NCBI GenBank assembly: GCA_963761885.1
Contig: CAVXIN010000004.1
Coordinates: 17,994-81,993, forward strand
Origin: an uncultured Gemmatimonadales bacterium
GTDB lineage: Bacteria; Gemmatimonadota; Gemmatimonadetes; Gemmatimonadales; GWC2-71-9
Length of the DNA stretch: 64,000 nucleotides
Reading direction: 5' to 3'
Below, in pieces: positions 40,266 through 51,900 of the stretch. The notes beneath the pieces were generated by a model. It was given only the letters and a program-made list of their open reading frames with translations, searched no databases and was not told the origin of the DNA. Within the stretch, counting starts at the first letter, position 1. The number at the start of each line of letters is the position of its first letter. The position numbers were made by a program, and so were the translations under genes.

Positions 40266-43200
40266 ATGTTGCGACGCACCGTGCCGTTCATTCTCCTGCT
40301 CCTGCTCGGCCTGCCCGGGCTCGGGGCCGCGCAGTATTTCGGCCGGAACAAGGTGCAGTACGAGAATTTCGATTTCAAGGTCATCCAGACCGAGCATTTC
40401 GACGTCTATTTCTACGAGCGCGAACGGGTGGCGGCGATGGACGCCGCCCGCATGGCGGAGCGCTCGTACGCCCGCCTCTCCAAGGTGCTGAACCACGAGT
40501 TCCGGGAGCGGAAGCCCATCATCCTGTACGCCTCGCACTCCGACTTCATGCAGACCAATGCGACCCAGGTCGGTGGCGAGGGAACCGGCGGCGTCACCGA
40601 CTTCGCCCGGAACCGGGCGGTCATGCCGTTCACCGGATCGTACTCCGACTTCGAGCACGTGCTGATGCACGAGATGGTGCACCAGTTCCAGTACGATGTC
40701 TGGTCGCGAGGGCGGGCGGGCGCGGGGATCGCGACGCTGGTCGCGATCGCCCCGCCGCTCTGGTTCGCCGAGGGCATGGCCGAGTTCCTGTCGATCGGCC
40801 CCATCAACGCCGAGACGGCGATGTGGCTCCGCGATGCCTCGCTGGAGGGGAAGCTCCCCACCATCGATCAGATGACCGTGGATCCCTACGAGTACTTCCC
40901 CTACCGGTTCGGGCACGCGCTCTGGTCGTACGTGGCCGAGCGGTGGGGTGACGAGGCGGTCGGCGCCATCCTCAAGGCCACCCTCTCGGGGGGCGTCGAG
41001 CCGGCCTTCCGCCGGACGATTGGCCTCACCATCGAGCAGCTCTCCGAGCAGTGGCGCGACGCGGTGCAGAAGCGCTACCTCCCCGAGATCGGCGCGCGGG
41101 CCCGGGCCCGCGCGGTCGCCGACGAGCTGCTCACCGAGAAGCGCTCGGACGGGATCTACCATCTGGCGCCGTCGCTATCCCCCGACGGCTCCCAGGTCGT
41201 CTATTTCAGCGAGAAGGATTTCTACTCGGTGGACATGTACCTCGCCGACGGCGTCACCGGCAAGGTCAAGCGTCGGGTCCTCAAGTCCGGCATCAGCAGC
41301 AACTACGAGACCTACCGCTTCATCAACTCGCAGGCGAACTGGTCGCCGGACGGGAAGTTCCTCGCCATCGCCGCCAAGCGGGGGCCCCGCGACGACATCC
41401 TGATCGTGGACGTGGATCGGAACAAGGAGGTCAAGCGGATCGAGCTCAAGCTGAGCGGGGTCACGACGCCGTCGTGGAGCCCCGACGGCAAGCAGCTCGT
41501 GTTCACCGGGTACGAAGGGGGTCTGAGCGACCTCTACGTCGTGAACCGCGATGGCAGCGGCCTCCGCCAGCTGACCGAGGACAAGTACGCGGATCTGCAT
41601 CCGGTCTGGTCGCCCGATGGGGGCACCATCGCGTTCGCGACCGACCGTGGCGCGGACACCGACTTCCGCACGCTGGCCGTCGGCAACTTCGGTATCGCCG
41701 TCTACGATCTCGCGACCGGGTCCGTTCGAGTGCTCGACCGCATGGAGCACGGCAAGAACGTGAGCCCCCAATGGAGCCCCGACGGCCGGTCGCTGGCCTT
41801 CGTGTCCGACCGCGACGGGGTGAGCAACATCTTCCTGTACGACATGGAAGCAAACGACGTCTTCCAGCTCACCGACTTCTACACCGGGGCGCAGGGTATC
41901 ACACCGCTCTCGCCCGTGATCTCGTGGGCCCGCGGAGCCGACCGGTTGGCCTTCGTGTACTTCGAGGCCAGCCAGTACGACGTCTACAGCATCACCAACC
42001 CGCGCGGCCTCAAGCGCCAGCCCTTCCGCGACATGGTGCAGGACAGCGTGGGCATCCTGGCCCGGGCGGTCACCCCGCCGCTGGACACCGCCCGCTCGCT
42101 TCAGGTAACCGAGGAGGTCCGTCCCCAGGTGGGAGAGGGCGGCTCCATCTATCGGACGCCGTCGGGCTTCCGCTCGTCGAACCAGGTCGTCCAGTCGGGT
42201 GACACGACCCGGCCGACCGAGCCGGTGTCCATCGTGGCGCTCCTGGACTCGGCCAACTTCAGCCTACCGGACACCAGTGAGTTCACGCTCAAGGAGTACC
42301 GGACCAAGTTCACACCCGACTATGTGGCCCGCCCCTCCATCGGGTATGCCCGCGACAACTTCGGCCGGGGCTTCTTCGGCGGGTCGGCCATTTCGCTGAG
42401 CGACATCCTGGGCAACCAGCAGCTCATCTTCGCCGGGTACGTGAACGGCCGGATCAGCGAGGCCCAGATCCTGGCGGCGTACGCCAACCTCAGCCGCCGG
42501 ATCAACTGGGCGGTGGGCATCTCGCAGGACCCCTACTATTTCCTGGAGCCGAGCGAAATCGTCGCGGGCGACCAGGTGGGCGAGAACATCTTCATCACCA
42601 ACATCCGCCGGCTGGTGGTGCGCTCGGCCTTCGGCTCGGCGTACTACCCGCTGAGCCGCTTCCAGCGGGTCGAGGCGGGGATGCGCTTCGCCAACGTGGA
42701 TGACGCGATCCTGAAGATCAACGAGCCCTACAACCCCGCGACCGGCTTCGCCACCGACGATCCGTTCCTGGAAACCGACAACCTCCCGGGCGTGACCTAC
42801 GCGCAGCCGTCCGCCGCCCTGGTGTTCGACAATTCGCTCTTCGGGTACGTGGGACCGTTCTACGGACAGCGGTATCGCTTCGAGCTGGCGCAGACGATCG
42901 GCAACTGGCGGTTCTCCCAGGTGACGGCGGACTACCGCCGGTACGACCAGATCATCGGCCCGATCGTGTTCGCGACCCGACTGCTCTACTTCGGCCGCAT
43001 CGGCCGGGACGCCCGCGAGTTCCGGATCTACGCGGGCAGCACCGACCTGATCCGCGGTAATACGTCCGGGTCGTACCGGCGAAACGAGTGCCTCAATGCC
43101 AACGACCCCGACTCCGAGACGGGATGCTCCGCCCTGGATCGCCTCGTGGGCACCCAGATCGGTGTCGCGTCGGCCGAGATCCGGTTCCCGATCCTGAATC

Positions 43201-43469
43201 CCTCGTTCGGCGTACCGGCCGCGTTTCCGCCACTCGAGGGCGCGATCTTCTACGATATCGGACTCGCGTGGGACAACACCAGCACCATCCGGTGGCAGCG
43301 CCGCGCGGGGGACGACCCGGTGCGGGTGCGCAGCCCGCTTCGTACCCTGGGCGTCTCGGTCCGCGCCAACCTGTTCGGCTTCGCGGTCGCTCGGCTCGAC
43401 TACTCGATCCCGCAGGAGCGCCGTCAGGTCGGCGGCCTCTGGACCTTCAGCCTCGGCCCCACCTTCTAA
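40266..43469 (+). CDS. Secreted zincin + PD40/TolB beta-propeller + Omp85 barrel protein
   Basis: QYFGRNKVQY, HEMVH (HExxH), PLWFAEGMAE; repeated WSPDG; C-terminal barrel (ADYRRY, SAEIRFP) ending in F. Confidence 0.88.
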   Translation: MLRRTVPFILLLLLGLPGLGAAQYFGRNKVQYENFDFKVIQTEHFDVYFYERERVAAMDAARMAERSYARLSKVLNHEFRERKPIILYASHSDFMQTNATQVGGEGTGGVTDFARNRAVMPFTGSYSDFEHVLMHEMVHQFQYDVWSRGRAGAGIATLVAIAPPLWFAEGMAEFLSIGPINAETAMWLRDASLEGKLPTIDQMTVDPYEYFPYRFGHALWSYVAERWGDEAVGAILKATLSGGVEPAFRRTIGLTIEQLSEQWRDAVQKRYLPEIGARARARAVADELLTEKRSDGIYHLAPSLSPDGSQVVYFSEKDFYSVDMYLADGVTGKVKRRVLKSGISSNYETYRFINSQANWSPDGKFLAIAAKRGPRDDILIVDVDRNKEVKRIELKLSGVTTPSWSPDGKQLVFTGYEGGLSDLYVVNRDGSGLRQLTEDKYADLHPVWSPDGGTIAFATDRGADTDFRTLAVGNFGIAVYDLATGSVRVLDRMEHGKNVSPQWSPDGRSLAFVSDRDGVSNIFLYDMEANDVFQLTDFYTGAQGITPLSPVISWARGADRLAFVYFEASQYDVYSITNPRGLKRQPFRDMVQDSVGILARAVTPPLDTARSLQVTEEVRPQVGEGGSIYRTPSGFRSSNQVVQSGDTTRPTEPVSIVALLDSANFSLPDTSEFTLKEYRTKFTPDYVARPSIGYARDNFGRGFFGGSAISLSDILGNQQLIFAGYVNGRISEAQILAAYANLSRRINWAVGISQDPYYFLEPSEIVAGDQVGENIFITNIRRLVVRSAFGSAYYPLSRFQRVEAGMRFANVDDAILKINEPYNPATGFATDDPFLETDNLPGVTYAQPSAALVFDNSLFGYVGPFYGQRYRFELAQTIGNWRFSQVTADYRRYDQIIGPIVFATRLLYFGRIGRDAREFRIYAGSTDLIRGNTSGSYRRNECLNANDPDSETGCSALDRLVGTQIGVASAEIRFPILNPSFGVPAAFPPLEGAIFYDIGLAWDNTSTIRWQRRAGDDPVRVRSPLRTLGVSVRANLFGFAVARLDYSIPQERRQVGGLWTFSLGPTF

Positions 43470-43497
43470 CGTCGGAGGGGCGGTCCGGGTCGGTGCG

Positions 43498-43529
43498 AGG
43501 CGGCGTCGCGGAGCTCCGCGGCGCCGCCT
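43498..43529 (+). terminator. Long GC hairpin after the Omp85-family gene
   Basis: AGGCGGCGtCGCGGA-gc-TCCGCGgCGCCGCCT. Confidence 0.5.
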
Positions 43530-43574
43530 TGACGCGTGGGCCTTCCCCGCTGCCCTCGCGACGCCTGTCACACT

Positions 43575-44987
43575 ATGTTTCCGAACGTGCAACTACGAGA
43601 CGTGATCGTGGCGGGCCTTCTCGGCGCTTCGCTCGCCGCCTGCGGGGGTGATCCCGACCTGGCGCAGAGCCTCCCCGCCGTCGGACGCGGACCCGAGCTC
43701 ACCACCGCGCTGCGCGTCCCGCGCGAGGGCGGCGCCGCGCGACTCTACCGTATTCCCTCGCTCGAGCCGTCCTCATGGAAGCTCGACGACAAGCTCCCTC
43801 CCCTCCAGCAGACTATCGGCGCCGACCCGGAACAGGGCTTCGTCTTCCTGCTCGACAAGAAACGCAACATCGTCGCACTGGATCTCGAGACCCGGCGCAT
43901 CCGCCCCTCGCTGGAGCAGGTCCGCACGGCCACGGTCGGTCCGGACGGGGCGCTCTACGCGGTGGACACGGCGAGGTCGGTCATCCGCCTCGTCCGACGC
44001 ACCCCGGTGCGCTTCCGCTCCAAGCTCCAGGGCACACCGAGGACCCTCCACGCCACCATGGGCGGGGTGCTGGTGGCCGACCTCGCGGGCGACAAGCCGC
44101 AGGTCGAGATCCTCGGATCGGACCGTCCACCGGCCACCTTCCCGGTCCCCGCAGGCGCGCAGGTCCTGAGCTTCTGGGGTGACCTGGTCGCGGTCGCCGC
44201 CGACAGTGCCGTGGTGATCTACGAGACCGAGGGCGACAGCGACGGGGACCGGGATCACATCACCATTCCGGTCTCTGGAGATGCCAAGGCGGTCATGTTC
44301 AGTCCGTCGGGCCATCGCATCTACGTGGCCCGGGCCTCCGATGGGCTGCTCGTGCTCGACCGGGTGAGCGGTCAGGAGCTGCATGAGATCGATCTGCCCG
44401 GTCCCGCCATCGGCCTCCGGGGTGATTTGTTCGGCCAGTGGGTGCTCGTCCGTCCCTCCTCCGGCGATTCCGCCTGGGTGGTGGATATCGGCAACAATGG
44501 GTTCACCGGGACGGTCGACGTCGAGTGGGATGACGATCTGCCCGCCATCGTGTCGCCCAACACGCTGCTGACGCGCCGGGGCAAGGACGTGGTGGCCGTG
44601 GACCTGGCGACCAAGGGATTTCCGGTGCGGGGCAAGGTGGAAGCGGGCGCGGCCGAGTCCTGGTTGCCCCTCACGTGGCACCCGACTCAGGACGAAGCCG
44701 TACCCGCGAGCGCCGACTCCGCGGCGCTCGCGGCCGCCGATTCCGGCGCCAAGGCCAAAGTGTTCCTCCAGGTCAGCAGCTCGCAGAACCCGACCTGGGC
44801 CGACGAGCTGTCGCAGAAGCTGCGAGCCGCCGGCCTGCCGGCCTCGGTGCTCAAGCCCGCGCGTCGTGATGAGGCCTATCGGGTGGTCCTGGGACCGTAC
44901 GCCACGCGCGAGCAGGCCGAAGAAACGGGGCGCGGCATCGGCATGCCCTCGTTCGTCGTCACGACGCAGGACTCTCCTTCCGAATAG
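43575..44987 (+). CDS. Beta-propeller lipoprotein with C-terminal SPOR domain
   Basis: Lipobox LAAC; C-terminal FLQVSSSQN..YRVVLGPYATREQAE. Confidence 0.82.
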   Translation: MFPNVQLRDVIVAGLLGASLAACGGDPDLAQSLPAVGRGPELTTALRVPREGGAARLYRIPSLEPSSWKLDDKLPPLQQTIGADPEQGFVFLLDKKRNIVALDLETRRIRPSLEQVRTATVGPDGALYAVDTARSVIRLVRRTPVRFRSKLQGTPRTLHATMGGVLVADLAGDKPQVEILGSDRPPATFPVPAGAQVLSFWGDLVAVAADSAVVIYETEGDSDGDRDHITIPVSGDAKAVMFSPSGHRIYVARASDGLLVLDRVSGQELHEIDLPGPAIGLRGDLFGQWVLVRPSSGDSAWVVDIGNNGFTGTVDVEWDDDLPAIVSPNTLLTRRGKDVVAVDLATKGFPVRGKVEAGAAESWLPLTWHPTQDEAVPASADSAALAAADSGAKAKVFLQVSSSQNPTWADELSQKLRAAGLPASVLKPARRDEAYRVVLGPYATREQAEETGRGIGMPSFVVTTQDSPSE

Positions 44988-45037
44988 GGTGCGAGGCCTC
45001 CGGGCTTCGAGTCACGGTCCACCACAGGAACGCGCAC

Positions 45038-48000
45038 ATGAGGCTCACCAAGCTCGAACTCTCCGGATTCAAGTCCTTCGCGGACACCGTCACGCTGACC
45101 TTCGAGGACGGCGTCACCGCCATCGTCGGGCCCAACGGCTGCGGGAAGAGCAACGTGTCCGACGCGGTCCGCTGGGTGCTGGGCGAGCAGTCGGCGCGGC
45201 TCCTCCGCGGCGGCAAGATGGAAGACGTGATCTTCCAGGGGTCTACCGCCCGACGGCCGGTCAACCTCACCGAGGTCTCGTTGTACCTCGACAACAGTGA
45301 CGGCGACCTACCCATCGCCTACCGCGAGGTCGTCATCACCCGCCGACTCTCCCGGTCGGGGCAGAGCGATTACCTGCTCAACGGCGCGCCCGTCCGCCTG
45401 CGCGACATTCAGGACCTGCTGCGCGGCACCGGCCTGGGCAGCGACGCCGGGGTGGTGATCGAGGCCAAGATGATCGACCTCCTTCTGTCCGATCGCGCGG
45501 ACGAGCGGCGGTCGCTGTTCGAGGAGGCGGCGGGGATCGGGTTGTACCGCGATCGCAAGCACAGCACCGAGCGAAGGCTGGAAGAGACCGCGGTGGACCT
45601 TCAGCGGGTCGAGGATCTCATCGCCGAGGTCCAGTCACAGATCCGCAGCCTGGCGCGGCAGCGCGGCAAGGCGGAGCGGCACGCCAAACTCACCGAAGAG
45701 CGCTTCGCGGTGCAGATCAGCCTCGCCCGGCGTCTCCTCGAGCGGTTGAACAATGACGTGGCCGGGATGGAGGCGCGGTTCGCGGAGCTGAGCCAGGTGC
45801 TTCCCGGTGCCCGAGCCCGGGTGGGCGACGCCGAGCAGCGGCGGGAGGAGATCGCGAGGGCGCGCTCGGCGGCGGAGGGACAGCGGGCCGAGGTCGCCCG
45901 GAGACTCGCCGGCGTCCGCGTGGAGCTGGGCAAGCTCGACGGCGATCTGGCCGTCGCCGTCGGAGCGGCTCGGCAACGCGCAATCCCGGCGGCACCGCGC
46001 GGAGGACGAACGGGCGCAGGCGGCGCTCCGGGCGCAGCAGGCGACCGTCGAGCAGGAAGCCGCCACCGCCGACCGCGGCGCGGCCGGGGGCGAGCACGAG
46101 CGCATCAGAGCCGAGCTCGCTGGGCAGGGCCAGCGCCGAGGAGCAGGTGCGCCGCCGCCTGACGGAGCAGCGGGACGAGGTTCGCCGCCGAGAGCAGGAG
46201 CTGCAGCAGCAGGCGCAGAGCCTGCGCTCCCTCGAGGGTGAGCGGGTGGCGATCGAGGGGGAGCTCGCCTCGCTCCGCGAGCGCGTCACCCAGGCCGCGA
46301 CCCACCGTGCGGGACTGCAGATCGAGCTGGCCAACGCGGAGCGCCGCCGCGATCACGCGATCGAGCGCGCCGGGTTCCTCGGCCACGAGGCCAAGCGCAC
46401 GGCCGCCGATGCCGAGCACGCGCGGCACGCGGTGGCGGAGACTCGCGAGCGCGAGGCCATGCACCGCGCCGACCGGCGCCGGGCCGAGGAAACCCTCGCG
46501 CAGATGGCGGCACGGAGGAACGCGCTGGAGGAGCTCGAGCGCGACCGCGTCGGGCTCGCCCCGGCGGCCGCGGCGTTGCTGGCCGCCCGCGGCGGAGTTC
46601 GGGGATGGGGTCCTCGGCCCGCTGAGCGACTACGTGACCACCGGCCGCGAGGATGCCGAGCTCGCGGAGCGGCTGCTGGGCGACTGGATGCACGCCGTTC
46701 TGGTACGCAACACCGCCACCGTGCAGCGCGATCGAAGCCTGGCACGCGATCCATCAACCCGGCGCGCTGGTGCTGTTGCCGCTCGATCCAGGCCCCCAGA
46801 GCTCCGGCGCCGCCCAGCCGCTCGACGACCGCCTCCGGGCCTCCGAGCCGGCCAGCGGCTGGGTCCAGGCTGCTCTCGCAGGCTCCGAGGTGCTCGACGA
46901 CGCCGGCCGGGTCCTGCGCCGGGCGAGCGGGGCCATTTTCCTGAGCGGCGCCGGCGCGCCGAGCGGGCCGCTGCGGCGGCGCGCCGAGATCGCGACGCTG
47001 GTCAGCGACGTAGCGGCCGCGACGGCGGCGGTGGCCGGTGCCGCAGCCGCGCTCGACGCCACGGTCGGGTATCTCGCCGACCGCGAGCGCGAGCTGGCCG
47101 AGGCGACCACCGCCGCCGAGCAGGCTCGCGAGGCCGAGCGCCAGGCCGGCGCCGCCCGGGAGGACACGGTCCGGCTGGCGGGAATCTCGACCCGCGAATC
47201 GGCCGACGCGGACGCCCAGCTCGCGCGGCTCACCGACCGCGTGGCTCGCTCCGAGGAACGGCTCACCGAGATCGACGCCGCGCTGGTCGAGGGCGATCTG
47301 TCTCGCGGGCGGCTCGATCAGGAGCTGGGGTCGGCGCGCGCAGGCTTGGCCGAGCTGGAGAGCGAGCAGGAGGCGGCCCGGGAACAACGGGTGCACTGGC
47401 AGGTGCAGGAGGCGCACGTCGCGGGCGGCCTCCGCTCCGCGGAAGAGCGGCTGGCGCGCGCCGAGGCAATGCGGACCGAAGCCGAGACCGCGGGCCAGGC
47501 GCTCGCAGGCGAGCTTGCCCATCTCGACGCCGACATGATCGCGCTCACCCGCCAGCAGGGCGAATGGCAGGAAGCCCGCGCCGATCGGGAGATCGCGCTC
47601 CACCGGCTCGAGAGCGCGAGCAGTGAGGCGGAGTCCGCACTGGCACTGGCGGAAGCGAGCCTGGCCGCAGCCGAGCGGGAGGTGGTCGGATCGCGAGAGG
47701 CATTGGAAGCCGGAAACGAGGAAAGCCACGTGCTTCAGGTCCGCTTGACCGAGGCCTCGGGCACCCGGCGGAGCATCGTCGAGCGGGTCGAGGCCGAGTG
47801 GCACCGCCCCTTCGATCAGCTGCTGGAGGTGGCCCCACAGCTGGATCTCGATCTCGAGACCCTGCAGGCCGAGTCGTCTCGCATCACGGAAGGACTCGAG
47901 GCCATCGGCCCGGTGAACGCGCTGGCGGTGGAAGAGCACGCCGAAGAAGTGAAGCGGCTCCAGTTCCTCACATCACAGCGGGACGATCTCGTCGGCGCGC

Positions 48001-48512
48001 GCCAGTCGCTCATCCAGGCGATCCGGGAGATCGACGGCACCGCGCGCACCATGTTCCTGGAGACCTTCACGGCGGTCCAGGGCAACTTCCTCCACGTGTT
48101 CCAGACCCTGTTCGGCGGCGGCGAGTGCGAGCTTCGGCTGGCCAACCCGGACGACCCACTCGAGAGCGAGATCGACATCCACGCGGCCCCGCGCGGCAAG
48201 CGCACGCAGCGCATCCACCTGCTGTCGAGCGGCGAGCGGACGCTGGTCGCGGTCTCACTGCTGTTCAGCATCTACCTCACGAAGCCGAGTCCCTTCTGCC
48301 TCATGGACGAGGTGGACGCGCCGCTCGACGACGCCAACGTGGGCCGGTTCACCCGGCTCCTGGACGAGTTCAAGACCGGCACCCAATTCCTGGTCATTAC
48401 TCACAATCCTCGGACCATGCAGGCCGCCGACGCCGTCTACGGTGTCACCATGCAGGAGCCCGGGGTGTCCACGATCGTGGGCGTGCGCCTGGGAGAGCGG
48501 GAGCACGCCTAG
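45038..48512 (+). CDS. smc: Chromosome partition protein SMC (indels)
   Basis: GFKSFAD, GPNGCGKSNVSDAVRWVLGEQS, FEEAAGI, IGPVNALAVEE, LLSSGE, MDEVDAPLDDANV, ITHN. Confidence 0.94.
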
Positions 48513-48614
48513 GGCAACGCCTCGGCGGGGAGCTTGCCGCCTGGCTCAGGAGCTTGCGTTGGTTGCTCGGCTTCGCGGCAGCATCCGTGCTCACGGATCG
48601 AACCGGAGACCCGA

Positions 48615-49654
48615 ATGCTCGTCGTGATGCGCCACAGCGCTCCGCAGGAGGACATCGACCGTGTCGTCGCCACCATCGAGGAGATGGGCTACACGGCGCG
48701 GCCGATGCCCGGCAAGCAGCGCACGACGGTCGGGCTGGTCGGAAACGACGGCCGGGTGGACGGCTCGCGTCTGGCGGCGCTCCCGGGCGTCCAGGAAATC
48801 CTCCACGTCACCAAGCCCTACAAGCAGGTGTCGCGGGAGTGGAAGGCCGAGTCCACCGTGGTCCGGCTGCCCGGCGGGCTCACTATCGGTGGCGACGAGG
48901 TGGTGGTGATGGCCGGCCCCTGCTCCGTCGAAAGCGAGCGACAGATCCTCGAAGCCGCCCACGCGGTGCGGGAGGCGGGCGCCACCGTCCTCCGAGCCGG
49001 GGCCTTCAAGCCGCGGAGCTCGCCCTACTCGTTCCAGGGCCTGGGCCGTGCCGGCCTGCAGCTGCTGGCCCGGGCCCGCGAGGAGACGGGGCTCCTGATC
49101 GTGACCGAGGCGATGGACGCGGACGGCCTCGATCAGGTGCTCGAGGTGGCCGACATCGTCCAGATCGGCGCCCGCAACATGCAGAACTACTCCCTGCTCA
49201 AGCTCGCCGGCCGCGCCCGCAAGCCGGTGCTCCTCAAGCGCGGCCTCTCGGCGACGATCCAGGAGCTGCTGCTCTCGGCCGAGTACATCCTCGCCGAGGG
49301 CAACCCCGACGTCATCCTGTGCGAGCGCGGCGTCCGCGGCTTCGACACCGTCACCCGCAATCTCTTCGACTTGAGCGCCATCGCCGTGGTGCACGGGCTC
49401 TCGCACCTGCCCATCGTGGCCGACCCGAGCCACGGCACCGGGCACCGCGACATGGTGATTCCGATGGCCCGCGCGGCGGTGGCCGCCGGCGCCGACGGAC
49501 TGCTCATCGAGGTCCATCCCACCCCGATCGCGCGCTGTCCGACGGAGCCCAGAGCCTCTACCCCGCCCAGTTCGACCGGCTGATGCGGGAGACCCGCCTC
49601 ATCGTCGAGGCGATCGGTCGCCGGCTGGCCGAACCCGTCGGAGCCCGCACATGA
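48615..49654 (+). CDS. aroF: DAHP synthase, class I-beta with N-terminal regulatory domain (indel near 49525)
   Basis: [49 protein letters not shown]. Confidence 0.94.
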
Positions 49655-50313
49655 TCCGTCGTCTCGTCGCCGGCATCTGCCTCATACTGGTCGCCCTCGG
49701 GGCGGCGTCATCCGCGCAGGCCCAGGATGCCCAGGCCATCGTGGGCCGGTCCTCGCGGGTGTACCGCTCGCTCGCCAGCCTCAGCGCCGACTTCGTGCAG
49801 GTGATCGACAACCCGATGATCGACAGCGCGGAGAGCCGCGGCACGCTGATCCAGGCGGGCCCGTCCAAGCTCTCCATGCGGTTCAGCGATCCGCCGGGCG
49901 AGGCGGTGATCGTGGACGGCTCGCACGTGTGGGTCTATACGCCGAGCACGGTGCCGGGCCAGGTGCTCCGGCTCGCCGGTGCCGAGCGGCGGACCGGTAT
50001 ACGGCTACAACCTGCTCGCCTGGCTGCTGGACGGCCCGCCGACCGCTACACGGCGAAGTATCTCGAGCAGACCAAGATCGGGAGCCGTTCAGTGGACGTC
50101 ATCGAGCTGACGCCGGCGGTTCCCGACCTGCCGTTCGACCGAGCGGTGCTCTGGCTCGATCGGCAGGACGGCCTGCCCCGACAACTGGAAATCACCGAGA
50201 AGAGTGGCGCGGTCCGCTCTCTGGCACTCTCGAATCTGCGAGTGAATCGGAAGGTGCCCGACGCCACCTTCACCTTCGCGGTGCCGTCGGGCGTGCGCGT
50301 CGTGGATCAGTGA
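49651..50313 (+). CDS. lolA: Outer-membrane lipoprotein carrier (compensating indels near 49980-50040)
   Basis: Signal peptide; SLSADFVQ, IVDGSHVWVY, FTFAVPSGVRVVDQ. Confidence 0.85.
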   Translation: MIRRLVAGICLILVALGAASSAQAQDAQAIVGRSSRVYRSLASLSADFVQVIDNPMIDSAESRGTLIQAGPSKLSMRFSDPPGEAVIVDGSHVWVYTPSTVPGQVLRLAGAERRTGIRLQPARLAAGRPADRYTAKYLEQTKIGSRSVDVIELTPAVPDLPFDRAVLWLDRQDGLPRQLEITEKSGAVRSLALSNLRVNRKVPDATFTFAVPSGVRVVDQ

Positions 50314-51881
50314 GCCTGCCGCGTTGCTCCCTCCGCGAGGCCGAGGAGCGCCTGGGGTGAGGTAGTCCCCCGCACCAGCTCGACCGCTCGCTGCACCTGC
50401 GGGTCGGTACTCGCACGCCGGCGTCGCTCGGCCACCGGGCCGAAGGTATACCGGGCGATCTCGAATCCCAGCTGCTGCTCCACGATGCGTGTCCCACCCT
50501 CGAACACGCTGTCCGCCACGGCGACGCCCCGCCCCGCCAGCCGTCGCTGCACTTCGGCGCGCATCTCGGGCGTCACCTCGAAATCCTCGCTCCCCACCTT
50601 CCCTGCCTTCTTGAGCTCGAGCGCGTAGGCGGTGAGAACGTCGCGGAACACGGGGATGCGGGTGCCCAGTGACTGCGCGAAGATCGCCTCCGGGGACGTG
50701 AGCGTGTCGGCGCCCAGGACCACGTCCGGCACCAAACCGCCGCTCGATAACAGGCGCCGCCCGCCGCTCGAATAGGTGGCAGCCGACGGAGGACTCGCCT
50801 CGTGGCCCATGACGGAGTCGAGTGCCGGCGCCTGAATCGAGCGTCCACTCGGCGTGAACCAGCGAGCGGTGGTGAGCCGGAGCGCGACCTCGTTCGAGAG
50901 CGTGAAAACGGTCTGTACGATTCCCTTGCCGTAGGTCGTGTCGCCGGCGATCAATGCCCGGTCGTGGTCTTGAAGCGCACCCGCGATGATCTCGGCCGCG
51001 CTCGCGGTGCCGCCGCTCACCAGCACGACCACCGGCAGCCCGGGCCAGCGCTGGGGACGATAGTCGCTCCAGCGATGGTTGTCCCCGGGCGCCCGGCCAC
51101 GACTGACCAGGATCTCCTCGCGGGGATCGAGAAACATGTCCGCGATGTCCACCGCCTCGTCCCGAAGACCGCCGGGGTTGGCGCGCAGATCGAGGAGCAG
51201 GACCCGCATTCCGAGGTCCACGAGCCGTTCCACCTCGCTCTCCAGCTCCTTGGCCGCGTGCTCCCGCACCATCGTCATGCTGAGGTAGCCGATGCTGTCC
51301 GACAGGAGGAGACCGGTCGGCACGGCGCGCTGGTGGATCCGCTCGCGCACGAGGCGGTAGCGGAGCGGCTCGGCGGCTGCTTCACGCTGGATGGCGATAT
51401 CGATCGGTGACCCCAGCGTGCCCCGCATCGCCTGCACCGCGCGGTCGAGCGTCCAGTCCGCCGCCGACATGCCGTCCACCTCGAAGAGCCGGTCTCCCGG
51501 ACGAATGCCGGCGCGCTCCGCCGGTGAATCGGCCATCGGCGTCACTACCGTGACCCACCCGTTCCGCGCATCCACCAGCAACCCGATACCCGCATAGTCC
51601 CCGGTCGTTCGCTCGACGTGCTTCTCGAGATCCTTGCCGGAGAGGAGGGCGGCATATGGGTCCCGCAGCTGGGTGAGCATCCCATCGGTCGCCTTCCGGT
51701 AGAGCTCCGCCTCCCCGATCGAATCCACATGGTAGTCGCGGACATGTGCCAGGACGTTCTCGAACAGCCGCGCCTGCTGGTACACATCGCCGCCGAGCCC
51801 GATTTCTCGCTGCAGGAACCAGCCACCGGTGATACAGGCGACCGCCAGGGCGGCCGCGAGCACCGTCAACCGTCGAAGCAT
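50307..51881 (-). CDS. S41 C-terminal processing peptidase (PDZ), paralogue 1
   Basis: DPY, YAGIG, LDLRANPGGL, TASAAEI, TYGKGIVQ, LTTARWFTPSGRSIQ. Confidence 0.93.
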   Translation of the reverse strand: MLRRLTVLAAALAVACITGGWFLQREIGLGGDVYQQARLFENVLAHVRDYHVDSIGEAELYRKATDGMLTQLRDPYAALLSGKDLEKHVERTTGDYAGIGLLVDARNGWVTVVTPMADSPAERAGIRPGDRLFEVDGMSAADWTLDRAVQAMRGTLGSPIDIAIQREAAAEPLRYRLVRERIHQRAVPTGLLLSDSIGYLSMTMVREHAAKELESEVERLVDLGMRVLLLDLRANPGGLRDEAVDIADMFLDPREEILVSRGRAPGDNHRWSDYRPQRWPGLPVVVLVSGGTASAAEIIAGALQDHDRALIAGDTTYGKGIVQTVFTLSNEVALRLTTARWFTPSGRSIQAPALDSVMGHEASPPSAATYSSGGRRLLSSGGLVPDVVLGADTLTSPEAIFAQSLGTRIPVFRDVLTAYALELKKAGKVGSEDFEVTPEMRAEVQRRLAGRGVAVADSVFEGGTRIVEQQLGFEIARYTFGPVAERRRRASTDPQVQRAVELVRGTTSPQALLGLAEGATRQAH

Positions 51882-51900
51882 GGGAACCTCGGTGAGGGGA

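Noticed and set aside
43557..43572. CRP-like CGCGA-N6-TCACA before the SPOR gene
   Set aside because: Two mismatches and no supporting context; could be chance.
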